IMG/VR virus record: IMGVR_UViG_3300033076_001091
Coordinates: 1-38,589 of that record
DNA length: 38,589 nt
Origin: a virus
Taxonomy: Duplodnaviria; Caudoviricetes
Reading direction: 5' to 3' (one strand)
This document shows, piece by piece, positions 1 through 9,876 of the stretch (positions are counted from its first letter, which is position 1; every line of letters begins with the position of its first letter). The notes beneath the pieces were generated by a model, which saw nothing but the letters and a program-made list of their open reading frames with translations, made no database searches and was not told the DNA's origin. Made by a program: the position numbers and the translations under genes.

Positions 1-10
1 GTGTTTTCAT
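1..10 (-). CDS. Probable 5' start of a gene running off the left edge (ATG AAA ACA C...)
   Basis: Minus-strand ATG at 10..8, 29 nt downstream of a variant of the recurrent upstream motif (40..48). Only 3 codons are visible. Confidence 0.4.
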
Positions 11-96
11 CTATAATCTTTTAATACTTTTTTCTACTATATAAGTATTAAATATTTCCGTAAGTGGAATTTTTTTACGGGTTATGGGATGAAAAC
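3..96 (-). other. Multi-stem inverted-repeat element in the intergenic/leader region
   Basis: Perfect inverted repeats 3-11/88-96 (GTTTTCATC/GATGAAAAC), 20-29/43-52 (TTTAATACTT/AAGTATTAAA) and 58-63/75-80 (CCGTAA/TTACGG), nested as a three-way junction. Confidence 0.5.
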
Positions 97-111
97 CACA
101 TTATTTTACAT

Positions 112-1353
112 TTAGATATCTCCATATGTTTTTCCACTAATCATTTCCGTTGGTGCCACCTTATCTAAAATGATTTGTATTTCATTCACTAAGTCCTTTT
201 CCTCCGAATCTACATCGAATAAGAACGAGTCATAAGTGTATAGTATCAGCTTCGTTTTTCTCCCCTCTAACAAACGATTTAACCTTTGGATAACATAAAC
301 ATTCGTTTCGGTTTCTAAGGCCTGCAAATAGTAGTTAAACACCTTCTGCGGGTTATGGTTATCTATCTTTTGGAACGGAATTCTCTTACCCACTTTTGTT
401 TCCAAATATCCATTGATTAGGAATCCTTTATATAACTTCTTAATGAATTCATCTGTCTTTTGAAAAAACGGAATTTCTAAATTCTCCACATCAATCCCTC
501 CATACAATTGTTGGAATGTTAGTTTCTTACTATTAAGGTAATCCTCATCACTCAATACCTCTTTTCCGAAATATTGTTTTCCTAACCATTCATGTGCGGA
601 TGTTTCGGGTATCACCTCTCCCACTAAACGAGCTATCAGACGAACGTGATATCCATCAAAATCGAACTGAACTAATTCTCCTAACTTAGATATGATATAA
701 TCCCTACTACCATCCGATTTATTTAGTGCCGAATAGTTTGTTCCACCGAAGGTATTTGAGGGTCTTCCTGTCGTTGTAAAGTTGTTGTATAGGGAATATT
801 CATAACCATATGTTGTAGGGATACCATTACTCTCAATTTTTTGGAATTCCGGTAGGACAAGGGAATTGTAGAAGTCGTAACCCCCAACCCCCTCCGTATT
901 TGCATACTTTAGGTTTTCATTTACAAAATCTACTACTCCCTTTATAATAGTAGTAATTGGTATAAAACTCAAATCATCTTTTCCTCTATAACCCTTTGTA
1001 AAATTATTATATAAGATATCATATTCATAATGCTTCATTTCTTTTAAATGATACAATACATCTACACTATGAACATTAGATAATTTAGATTGATGAAGAA
1101 ACCATTTACTATCAAAGATAAATTTAGGGGCTTCGCTTTTTTGTAGAACTTCTAAGGGAACTGATAAGCAATCATTATGCCCATTTGTAAGAACATAGCA
1201 ATCTTCTCCAATAAAAACAAAAGCACCCAACAATTTGTTTAATATTGGGTGCTCTTTTCTATTTGAAAATAAAGGGAATATTACACTTCTTTCGGATGTG
1301 TATTTATTTAGGAATTCCTTTCCAGTATCTTTGTTTTCTACGAATTTCACCAT
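112..1353 (-). CDS. Family A DNA polymerase-like protein, shortened (~413 aa)
   Basis: TTTGRPSN (TGRLSS motif), motif A QFDFDGYHVRLIA, motif B SKKLTFQQLYGG, motif C LYTYDSFLFD. Start moved from the ORF-track TTG at 1362, which lies inside the promoter -7 box, to ATG at 1353. Confidence 0.85.
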   Translation of the reverse strand: MVKFVENKDTGKEFLNKYTSERSVIFPLFSNRKEHPILNKLLGAFVFIGEDCYVLTNGHNDCLSVPLEVLQKSEAPKFIFDSKWFLHQSKLSNVHSVDVLYHLKEMKHYEYDILYNNFTKGYRGKDDLSFIPITTIIKGVVDFVNENLKYANTEGVGGYDFYNSLVLPEFQKIESNGIPTTYGYEYSLYNNFTTTGRPSNTFGGTNYSALNKSDGSRDYIISKLGELVQFDFDGYHVRLIARLVGEVIPETSAHEWLGKQYFGKEVLSDEDYLNSKKLTFQQLYGGIDVENLEIPFFQKTDEFIKKLYKGFLINGYLETKVGKRIPFQKIDNHNPQKVFNYYLQALETETNVYVIQRLNRLLEGRKTKLILYTYDSFLFDVDSEEKDLVNEIQIILDKVAPTEMISGKTYGDI

Positions 1354-1359
1354 AGGAAA

Positions 1360-1390
1360 CAAATATACGAAATATTTTTAAGAATTCCAA
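1360..1390 (-). promoter_or_regulatory. Bacteroidota-type housekeeping promoter
   Basis: Minus strand TTGG (1390-1387), 19-nt spacer, TATATTTG (1367-1360); exact match to the TAnnTTTG -7 consensus. Confidence 0.75.
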
Positions 1391-2160
1391 TATTTTTCTT
1401 GCAAAGGTTTTAATTCAATTGGTTCTCTTTTCATATGAGCTCCCTGATTGAAATATGCACCTCTTTTTAAATAACCTCCTAAAAAGTTTCTTCTGAAACG
1501 ATTTGAGTTATTTGGCTCTGAGCCATGCACACAATGTGAGTGTAACAATACTACTTGCCCCTTTCTTAAATATCCTTCAACCTTACGGAAATCATGACCT
1601 TCTGGCATTACACAAGGTTTGCCTCTTTCATTTCTCCAAAATGTAGGATTTGTTTTTGTTCTTTCCTCATCAACTTCAATTGGTAAAACCGGTAATCTAT
1701 GAGAACCTTCATAGTTCCATACTGCTCCGTTTTCAGGATCATGATTATCTAATGCCAATGCAGTGTTGATGATTTCATTATGACCACATCCAGTGTAAAA
1801 TGCATTTTGATGCTGGTCTCTTCCTAATTGTCCAGGTGGTTTGAAATATGCCCATGTTTGCATACCTACAATTTCACCCTCCATTAAGAATTCACATGCT
1901 TCAATGATTTTCGGATGAACGAATAATTTTTCTAATTTTTCTGAGATTTTATGAGGATAAGCAAATGGATCCCATTCTCCCCATTCTTTACCATCTTCGG
2001 TTGTAGTGTTTTTTCTATCTTGACGTAATCTTTCCAATTCGTCATTTATTTCATCACACTCTTCTTCGGTAAGTAATTCTAAAACTGTAAAACCTCTATA
2101 CCTCCAATCGAAGGTCATTTGTTGGATTTCTAAATCCGTTAGATGTTTGAAATTTCCCAT
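1378..2160 (-). CDS. Phytanoyl-CoA dioxygenase (PhyH)-family Fe(II)/2-oxoglutarate oxygenase
   Basis: GFTVLELLTEEEC N-terminus, YFKPPG, HQN metal motif, ALDNHDPENGAV..EGSH, GQVVLLHSHCVHGSEPNNSNRFRR. Confidence 0.85.
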   Translation of the reverse strand: MGNFKHLTDLEIQQMTFDWRYRGFTVLELLTEEECDEINDELERLRQDRKNTTTEDGKEWGEWDPFAYPHKISEKLEKLFVHPKIIEACEFLMEGEIVGMQTWAYFKPPGQLGRDQHQNAFYTGCGHNEIINTALALDNHDPENGAVWNYEGSHRLPVLPIEVDEERTKTNPTFWRNERGKPCVMPEGHDFRKVEGYLRKGQVVLLHSHCVHGSEPNNSNRFRRNFLGGYLKRGAYFNQGAHMKREPIELKPLQEKYWNS

Positions 2161-2191
2161 AACATTAATGTGTATAACTTTTGTTTAATTA

Positions 2192-2223
2192 TAAATATAC
2201 TACAATTATTTTAATTTACCAAA
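2192..2223 (-). promoter_or_regulatory. Bacteroidota-type promoter overlapping an ATATTTATA motif
   Basis: Minus strand TTTGG (2223-2219), 19-nt spacer, TATATTTA (2199-2192); ATATTTATA at 2198-2190. Confidence 0.65.
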
Positions 2224-2240
2224 TCTTTCTATGATATTTC

Positions 2241-2621
2241 TCATTTATGAAATTGTGTTAAATTAACTAAATATAGTTCTATATCTGGTAATTTTTTAGC
2301 CGCTTCTATTATTGCTAATCTATTAATAGTTTTAACTGAAGGTATATATGTTCCATTATCCATATACTTATCTTCTAAGTTTCCCGTTATCTTCCAATTT
2401 ATTTCCACTCCATTCCAATAAGTAGTATTTGAATAATCTGAATATACATCCGCATTTATTTCAAAAATTGGAGATCCACTTGTCCCCCTTCTTTGTGTAA
2501 AATATCTTTTAACAAATCCAATATTATAATCATGTTGTGTTGGATTTGGGAAATAAGCCTTCGGTGGTTTATTCTTTATAGAAAGATTATTAAGTTTTTT
2601 ATATTTCTCTATCTCTATCAT
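2241..2621 (-). CDS. Hypothetical phage protein, last gene of the tail/baseplate operon
   Basis: 126-aa ORF translationally coupled (TAATG overlap) to the upstream 707-aa gene; no motif recognised. Confidence 0.7.
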   Translation of the reverse strand: MIEIEKYKKLNNLSIKNKPPKAYFPNPTQHDYNIGFVKRYFTQRRGTSGSPIFEINADVYSDYSNTTYWNGVEINWKITGNLEDKYMDNGTYIPSVKTINRLAIIEAAKKLPDIELYLVNLTQFHK

Positions 2622-4744
2622 TATTTATAAAAAGGTCTATATTTTGCTTTAACTTCGGTTGTCCAAAGTTTTCCATCAACTTTATGAGTTATTTCTTCAA
2701 CTTGAAAAGCTCCTTTTGAAGTTGAATATTGTTGAGGTAATCCCTTTACTCTAAATAGATGACCAACTTGAAAACCACTCATTCCTAATGTTGTAAAGGT
2801 AAATTCAACTGGCAAAGGTCTTCCATTAAATACCTCTTTATTACCACCATAAACTTGCTTAACTTTTATTTCGTTAAATTTTCGTTTATTTAGATATTGA
2901 CCACATATAGCCCATTCATCCATATTACCATTTCCAATATCTCCTTTTTTTACAATTTTAGGATTAACTAATATTCTAACATTTCTTCTAAACTCTACCC
3001 ATAATCTTTTAGGGTCAGCTAATTGTTTTGCTGCGTTTTCTAAAGCCTCTTTCTTTTCCTGAGGAGTCATTCTTATTAATATATTATCCTTTTTATCGGA
3101 AAATACTCCTGTTGTTAATTCATCAACTGCTGTGATTCCGGATGTTGCAGTAGATTTTTCCATAAACACTTTACTAGCCATAGCCTTTGGTATATCCAAA
3201 TTAAAGTTAGCCTCTAAGAAAAAACTGTTTGGGCCATATAAATTAAAAGTTTTGATATCACCTCCTTCTCTACCATTTCTAATATTAGTTAAATTTGAAT
3301 CAACTATCAACATCTTTTTACCATCATTATTCGGCCCATCCTCTCTGATTTGAAAATCCCAAAATCCATTTACAGCATTTGACATTTTTTCTAAAATTCC
3401 ATCTAAAATTTCTTTAACTGGAATTGTTTGGTTTTTTAATGCATCCATTGCAATGTTATTTTCAATATAAACATCTCCTAACCAACCATGAGTATCAGCT
3501 GCTAATGTAATAGAACCATCTTCGGTTGAAACAACAGTTGAAGTTTTTTTAGGAAAACTTCTTCCGTTTATAGATGTATCAATTGTAGATAATCCTGCTA
3601 TTGAAGTTCCATCAAAAATAGCCATATCTTTTAGATAATTCAATGTTTCTTTATTTGGTATAAAAATTTCATCACCATTTGAAAAAATACCTGGAAAAGA
3701 ACCAACATATACATTTGATATATCAATTGAAACATCAATTGATCCTTTTTTAGAAAATTGAACTCTAGTTTGATTTAGTAATTTAATAAATGCATCAAAA
3801 CTCAAATACTTATTTCCATTAATAGGGCTTTCCGCATCAACTGCTTGAAAATTTGTTCCCAAATATGTTAAATCTCCACTAAACCATCCTTCTGTTGTTT
3901 CTGATTTAGCTTCTTCTATAAGTGATTCGTTATAATTAATAAAATCGGAATCAGGTTTGAATTGCGATTCTAATGCCAAAGTTTGAGCAGTTCTTAATTC
4001 TTCTGGCATTTGATTGAAAAAATATGCAAAATTTATCTGAGGATTATTACCATCTTCATATTTGGTCATTATATCCGGGTCATATGTTTTTGGCTCTATC
4101 TTTTCTCCCTCTTTACTAACACCTTCAGATGTTCTTCCAAAAAGAATTTCACCCATAGATGCTAATTTAACTTGAACATTAAACTCTTCACCTGCTATTG
4201 TGGATTCTCCTCCTGTAATAATTCCTACAAAATTATCATAACATCCATTATTTTTTTGTCTAATATCTAATAATGATTTTGTATTTCTATTATATAAATT
4301 TACATTATCAGCAGTAGGTAAAATTGGTCCGATTGTTTTTCCAGAGGCCAATGAATAATTCCAACCCCATTGTATAAAACAACTTATACCCGGTTCTAAA
4401 AAATATTCTTGAATGATTGATAATTGATCGGGAGAAAAACATTTAATATTAACTGTACATCTTCTTAATGTTCCTCTACTTGCAAAATCTACTGAGAAAT
4501 CGGTGATTACTGGATTAGGTCTAAATCTCCATTCTGAGCCAGGTAAATTTCTATAAGCATCAGATGATTTACCATCAAATAAACTTGAATACGAATCAGT
4601 TCCAATTGTATATTGATTTCCTAAATTTGATGTTATTTTAATCCAAGGCACTAATTTAGATAGTTGAACATTATTATTAGATGTTCTTTTTTCTAATTCA
4701 GTTACTATAAATGAATCTATACTTTTATAAAAAGGAAACGCCAT
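2621..4744 (-). CDS. Putative baseplate hub protein (gp27/late-control-D-like)
   Basis: 707 aa; follows the LysM-like gene; C-terminal FTTLGMSGFQVGHLFRV..FQVEEITHKVDGKLWTTEVKA resembles hub C-terminal barrels. Confidence 0.55.
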   Translation of the reverse strand: MAFPFYKSIDSFIVTELEKRTSNNNVQLSKLVPWIKITSNLGNQYTIGTDSYSSLFDGKSSDAYRNLPGSEWRFRPNPVITDFSVDFASRGTLRRCTVNIKCFSPDQLSIIQEYFLEPGISCFIQWGWNYSLASGKTIGPILPTADNVNLYNRNTKSLLDIRQKNNGCYDNFVGIITGGESTIAGEEFNVQVKLASMGEILFGRTSEGVSKEGEKIEPKTYDPDIMTKYEDGNNPQINFAYFFNQMPEELRTAQTLALESQFKPDSDFINYNESLIEEAKSETTEGWFSGDLTYLGTNFQAVDAESPINGNKYLSFDAFIKLLNQTRVQFSKKGSIDVSIDISNVYVGSFPGIFSNGDEIFIPNKETLNYLKDMAIFDGTSIAGLSTIDTSINGRSFPKKTSTVVSTEDGSITLAADTHGWLGDVYIENNIAMDALKNQTIPVKEILDGILEKMSNAVNGFWDFQIREDGPNNDGKKMLIVDSNLTNIRNGREGGDIKTFNLYGPNSFFLEANFNLDIPKAMASKVFMEKSTATSGITAVDELTTGVFSDKKDNILIRMTPQEKKEALENAAKQLADPKRLWVEFRRNVRILVNPKIVKKGDIGNGNMDEWAICGQYLNKRKFNEIKVKQVYGGNKEVFNGRPLPVEFTFTTLGMSGFQVGHLFRVKGLPQQYSTSKGAFQVEEITHKVDGKLWTTEVKAKYRPFYK

Positions 4745-4749
4745 ATAAT

Positions 4750-5028
4750 TTATATGTTATTTAAAATATCAAATTTATTTTTAGGAATTCTTAATTGTAT
4801 TCCACCTTCTAGTCCAATATTAACATTATTAATATTATTAGCAGTTGCAATTATCCACCATAATCTACTATCACCATAATATTCGTTTGCCAATAAATCT
4901 AATCTATCGGTTTCTTGAGTGATAATATAGATATCATCGTCTTTTTTAGGAATAGTTTTAGGTATTGAAGTTTTTAATACTTTCTTACCATCTGCCAATC
5001 TTTTAATATTTTTAGTATCGTATCTCAT
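4750..5028 (-). CDS. LysM-like baseplate protein (tail X/gp53-like)
   Basis: ITQETDRLDLLANEYYGDSRLWWIIATANNI...GIQLRIP. Confidence 0.85.
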   Translation of the reverse strand: MRYDTKNIKRLADGKKVLKTSIPKTIPKKDDDIYIITQETDRLDLLANEYYGDSRLWWIIATANNINNVNIGLEGGIQLRIPKNKFDILNNI

Positions 5029-5029
5029 A

Positions 5030-7114
5030 TTATTTTCCCGTTCCTATTTTTTTACCATATCCATAAATATTGTAATCAGTAGTTGATTTTGTTTCTATGA
5101 AAGTTAATCCCACACTTGCATTTATAAACTTAGGAAGTTTATAATTATCCATATTATAATTACCTTGATCGGTTTTAATAGTATGGGTTTCAGTTTTTAT
5201 GTTACTTTTACCAGTTGATTTATCATATAGTAAAGTATTAAAACTACCCGAATCTATTGTATTATATTTAGTTTGGAATGATGTGCCAGATTTGTTTGTT
5301 ACATTTAACTTACTTTCTATTATTTTACCACCTTTTCCATTTTCCTTCGAATTTTCTTCTCCGTTTAAAGCTCCTCCGTAAAAATTATTATTAAATGGAG
5401 ATTCCATTGCTCCAGAAGTAGTTTTTAACATACCTCCTCCAATTTCCCATAGGTTTTCATTATCTTCAATTGAATAAGTTAATGAATCTAAGAAACATGC
5501 TTTATTTACATATAAATTGCCAAATGTAAAATATAAAAGAGTAGGTTCAATTATACCCGCATTATATTGATATGGGTATGCACAATGTGCTAAGAATTCC
5601 AATCTTCTCCACATCATTACTAATTCAGCTTGAGACATTGCATATACTTTTAAATTAAAAGTAAGTTTTCTTTCTACTGAAGTATAACTATAAAAATTAA
5701 ACGGAGAACCTAGCATTCTACTATTTTCCCATCCAGGAGTAAATGATTCATTTAATCCACTTACTAATGAACGAAAATAAACTGTTCCACCATCATTAAC
5801 TCTTTCAAATCTTAAAGGAATCAAATCTACTTCATCTAATGTTTTACCATTATATTTTAATGTGGATTGCTCAGATTTGCTCAATCTACCAGTTTGATTC
5901 AAAACATCTTTAGTAGAAAATAATCCTCTTCTACTATCTAATTTATTTGAATAAATTGTTGTATTATTATTATGATATGATTTCTGTGTTTTATTAAGTG
6001 AATATCTATTTCTATCTTCTTGCCAATTTGCTCTATTTAAAGATTTTGGTCTAATGATATCTAATAAACTTTGATTTTGGTTTAATATTGAATCTCCTCT
6101 ATTATCCAATATTTTACCACTATCACCATATGGTCCCAACATTCTTTTAGCATCATCTTTGATAGGAGTGTTATATTTTGCTACTAAATCTAATTGCGTT
6201 GGTTCTCCAAATTTTTTATGTGCATCATTTTCAGATAATCTAAATGCATAAGTTGATTTATTTGCAAATCTTAATGATTGCCCAAATACACCACCATTTG
6301 CACTTCTATCATATCCGTTTGTTATAGATACTACATTTAAATCATAAGAAGAACCAGCATCAGCTAATGTAGCATTTCTCATTGAATATGTGTAACTTCC
6401 TACATATTCTCCTTCTGAATAATAATATTTTTGTTGAAATCCTTCTACTTGTTCTGTATTTGGGTTATCTATTCCAAAGCTACCAGATGTAACAGGAACT
6501 TCTTTGTCTCCCAATAATATATTTCTAACAAATCCTTTCGCTATATTAATACCTTGCCCCAAAGATTGTTTTGCAATTTGTTGAGGAGTTCCACCACCGG
6601 TTGATTTTAAATATCTACCCAATGCCGTTCCTCTTGCATCTCTTTTTATATTACCCAATGCAATCATTCTATTAGGAGTTTTTGCATCTTTAAATTCTTT
6701 TGTATTGATTACATATGTAGGAAAAACATTTTGAGGAATTCCTAATAATTTATTTGCAGTATCTCCAACTTTTTGAATGAACTTACCAATCTTTCCTAAA
6801 CTAATTTGATTAGCTCCGTTTTTAGATTGTTTCATCGCATCTACATCAGATGTTCTTTGTGTTCCTATTCTTATTATTTCTGTTCCATATAATGCAGGTT
6901 CATTTACCAATCTATATGGTCTTAATCCACTTACTTCTTGTTCTAATTGAGTTTCTGTTTTTGGATCAAACATTTTTTCTGCCATTGCTCCCAATCTATT
7001 TTTTCTATCAATAAGAAATTGGCTATCATCGGCATTTCCCGTTGTAGCCTTAGATTGAGGAATCTGCTTTGCTAAATTAGATGAATTAAATAATTCTAAT
7101 AATGTTTTTCCCAT
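5030..7114 (-). CDS. Baseplate tail-tube initiator-like protein with long N-terminal extension
   Basis: C-terminal half FRSLVSGLNESFTPGW..YSYTSVERKLTFNLKVYA..PTLLYFTFGNLY..FLDSLTYSI..WEI..LPKFINASVGLTFI is typical of tube-initiator domains; lies directly after the tape measure gene. Confidence 0.65.
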   Translation of the reverse strand: MGKTLLELFNSSNLAKQIPQSKATTGNADDSQFLIDRKNRLGAMAEKMFDPKTETQLEQEVSGLRPYRLVNEPALYGTEIIRIGTQRTSDVDAMKQSKNGANQISLGKIGKFIQKVGDTANKLLGIPQNVFPTYVINTKEFKDAKTPNRMIALGNIKRDARGTALGRYLKSTGGGTPQQIAKQSLGQGINIAKGFVRNILLGDKEVPVTSGSFGIDNPNTEQVEGFQQKYYYSEGEYVGSYTYSMRNATLADAGSSYDLNVVSITNGYDRSANGGVFGQSLRFANKSTYAFRLSENDAHKKFGEPTQLDLVAKYNTPIKDDAKRMLGPYGDSGKILDNRGDSILNQNQSLLDIIRPKSLNRANWQEDRNRYSLNKTQKSYHNNNTTIYSNKLDSRRGLFSTKDVLNQTGRLSKSEQSTLKYNGKTLDEVDLIPLRFERVNDGGTVYFRSLVSGLNESFTPGWENSRMLGSPFNFYSYTSVERKLTFNLKVYAMSQAELVMMWRRLEFLAHCAYPYQYNAGIIEPTLLYFTFGNLYVNKACFLDSLTYSIEDNENLWEIGGGMLKTTSGAMESPFNNNFYGGALNGEENSKENGKGGKIIESKLNVTNKSGTSFQTKYNTIDSGSFNTLLYDKSTGKSNIKTETHTIKTDQGNYNMDNYKLPKFINASVGLTFIETKSTTDYNIYGYGKKIGTGK

Positions 7115-7116
7115 AA

Positions 7117-9642
7117 TTATCGTCTTCCTGTTGTTGGATCTTGATTAACGTTAGCCGCTACTGTTCCCGTAACTTTTCTTCCATCTATATAAACTGCAAT
7201 TTTTCCACCTATTAAATCCGAATGTAAAGCTCTCATTTCTGATAACAATTCGTCATTACCTCCTCCACCACTTGCGGCCGCAGTTAATATTTCTCCACCC
7301 CCAACTGCTGCAAATGCTCCAACTGCCGCCATTGCAGGTATTGCAGTTATACCAGCTATTGAGAACATTCCTAATGCCGCTGCTAATGATGTAAATGCAC
7401 CGGCTAATGCAAATACTCCTAATGCAGATTCTATATTCATTAATGGTAAAATCATTTTAAGTGCTTCCCCAACACTTGTTATTATAGAACTAATACCTCT
7501 TCCGATTGATTCTACTACACCACCTATTGCCTTTCCTATTGATTCAACCAATGGTGCTAATAAACTTAATGCATATGTTAAAGGAATTAATGCTACTCCA
7601 AGTGCTCCCAATAAAAGTATTCCTTTGAATGCCGCTAATCCCGCATTTCCAAAACTTTTTAATCCATCTCCTAATGCAGTTAAACCTTTTCCAGCAGGAA
7701 CACCTAAAAGTGCAATTCCAGCTAAACCAACTATACCAGCTGTCATTAATATAAATGCGGGTGCTGCTCCAAATAATAAAGTCATTGCACCCTTAAAAAC
7801 ATCTTTTTCAGCCATTGCTTTTAATCCACTAGCCAATTCTTTTAATGAATTACCACTTCCTTTTTCTTTAGGAGCAGCTTCCGTTTTTGCGGCGGATTCT
7901 TGAACTTTCCCCGCAATATCAGTTCCACCCGCGGCTCCACCTCCAAATAATTTTCCAAACATTCCTTTTACAGGTTTTGGAACTAATGAACCTAAAATAC
8001 TTTCACCTTTAATTGCAGCTGCTGTCATTTTAGCTCTCAATAATTCTCCAACTAAAAATGTAGCACCACTTGCAATAGGACCCCCAAACTTATCTCCAAT
8101 TGCTCTAGCATAATCATTAAGTTTTCCAAAATAACTCATTGCTATTCCGGTAGTAGTATTTAAATTTTCTTGATTAGCAACCATTTGTTTTAATTCACCA
8201 ACCGATACACCCAATGCTTCTGCAACGGCTTTCTTTTGATAAACATCCATTTGGTTAAATTCATCTATACCACCAACTTGATTTAATATTTCTTTTGTTG
8301 CTCCTTCTATATCTTCTGCATAAGCCAACTCTCTAGCTCTTGTTAAGTTTAAATCTCTACCTAACATTGCACTTGCTTCTAATTCCTTTTCGATAGATGA
8401 TTCAAAATCTAAAAGATTATCAGCAATTTTAGCAGTTGTTCCAATTGATACACCTAATTTAGCTGCCTGAATTGCTGCATTAGCAAAGTTTTCTCCCGTT
8501 CCTTTTGAATACATCGCCATTTCTTCGGTAGCACCTGCCATATCCTTCATTACCTGAGATGGTAACACACCATTCATTCTTGCAGTGCTTCCAACTGCTG
8601 ATACCATATCTTCTCCTACACTCTGAGATAATCCTTGTAAATTACCAAATGAATTTACTAAGGTTGCCGCTTCTTCTCCTCCGATACCTAAACTTGTCGC
8701 AAGAATGTTAGTGTTTAATTGTGCTCCAAAAGTGGCTTTATTTACATTACCACTTAATTTAGCCATAGTAGATAATGTTCCGGCTGCATCATCAAACACA
8801 AATGAAAGAAGTGCAGTAGAACCGATGAACATACCGGTTTGTCTATTAACCTCTGCCATAGATTCCACAAACTTACCAGCAGCTGCACTCGCCGCAACAA
8901 TCATTGCCTGTGGAGTTTGAAGAGTCATTCGGATTGTATCCAACGTTCCTCTTATGGTTTTTTTCATTTTATCATATGCCTCTATTTGTCCAGCTATTTG
9001 TTCTTTAGCTTCGTTTGAAATAGTTGCATACTTTTCCGCATTAGCAATCAATTCTTGTTGAGATGATAACATACTTCTCAACCCCTCTGCTTGATCATCA
9101 GTTATTTTATTTGATGCTAAAGCACTTGCTATTTCTTTTTCAATATTTACAACACTTGCATCATGTGAATCTCTTATAGCATTTTGTAAATCTAATTGAG
9201 AAGTATCAGTTTCAGCTAATTGTTGTTGTATTGATTGTAATTCATTTGTCTTGGAAACAATATTAGATATGATATTAACTTGGTCTTCACTAGCCTGAGT
9301 TCTTGATATTATGCTTCTTAACTCTTCTCTACTATTATCAATAACATCTCTTTGTGAATCAGTTAAACCACTATATATAGAACTAATTGATGCTAATTCC
9401 TTTAATTGATCTGAAAATACTTTTGTTGTTTCACCGGCTATTCGATTACCTTTATATTGTGCATCTACCTTTTTTTCTTGAATTTCAAGTAATGCTCGTT
9501 CTCTGGTTTCTAAATTTCTAAGGATCGTAGCTTGTCTATCACTAAGCTCATTTCCATCAGCTTGCAATTGAAGTTCTCTTTCCTTTAATCTATTTATGGA
9601 TTCCTGAACCTGTCGTAATTGTTCTAATTCCGATGATGCCAT
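7117..9642 (-). CDS. Tail tape measure protein
   Basis: 841 aa; helical Ala/Gly-rich; coiled-coil N-terminus; hydrophobic C-terminal segments; ends IAVYIDGRKV; canonical position after tube and chaperone genes. Confidence 0.85.
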   Translation of the reverse strand: MASSELEQLRQVQESINRLKERELQLQADGNELSDRQATILRNLETRERALLEIQEKKVDAQYKGNRIAGETTKVFSDQLKELASISSIYSGLTDSQRDVIDNSREELRSIISRTQASEDQVNIISNIVSKTNELQSIQQQLAETDTSQLDLQNAIRDSHDASVVNIEKEIASALASNKITDDQAEGLRSMLSSQQELIANAEKYATISNEAKEQIAGQIEAYDKMKKTIRGTLDTIRMTLQTPQAMIVAASAAAGKFVESMAEVNRQTGMFIGSTALLSFVFDDAAGTLSTMAKLSGNVNKATFGAQLNTNILATSLGIGGEEAATLVNSFGNLQGLSQSVGEDMVSAVGSTARMNGVLPSQVMKDMAGATEEMAMYSKGTGENFANAAIQAAKLGVSIGTTAKIADNLLDFESSIEKELEASAMLGRDLNLTRARELAYAEDIEGATKEILNQVGGIDEFNQMDVYQKKAVAEALGVSVGELKQMVANQENLNTTTGIAMSYFGKLNDYARAIGDKFGGPIASGATFLVGELLRAKMTAAAIKGESILGSLVPKPVKGMFGKLFGGGAAGGTDIAGKVQESAAKTEAAPKEKGSGNSLKELASGLKAMAEKDVFKGAMTLLFGAAPAFILMTAGIVGLAGIALLGVPAGKGLTALGDGLKSFGNAGLAAFKGILLLGALGVALIPLTYALSLLAPLVESIGKAIGGVVESIGRGISSIITSVGEALKMILPLMNIESALGVFALAGAFTSLAAALGMFSIAGITAIPAMAAVGAFAAVGGGEILTAAASGGGGNDELLSEMRALHSDLIGGKIAVYIDGRKVTGTVAANVNQDPTTGRR

Positions 9643-9645
9643 CTA

Positions 9646-9855
9646 TTACAAATTTTTTAAAAATTTCTTAAACTCTTCCGCATCTTTCTGCATTTTTTTC
9701 ATTCTCTCAATAGCAGCAGGAGGAAGTTTTGCTGTTTCAGCTTTTTTTATAATTTGGTCAGCAGCTCCTTTTTTTAATGTATCAAAGAAATCAGCTACAA
9801 ATTTATCAGCCATTGAAAACAATCCTTCGTTTTTAAGTGATTTATTATTCTCCAT
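9646..9855 (-). CDS. Small helical hypothetical protein
   Basis: 69 aa; own upstream ATATTTATA motif; stop 3 nt from the tape measure start. Confidence 0.75.
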   Translation of the reverse strand: MENNKSLKNEGLFSMADKFVADFFDTLKKGAADQIIKKAETAKLPPAAIERMKKMQKDAEEFKKFLKNL

Positions 9856-9876
9856 TTTGGGTTATTATTATACTCA

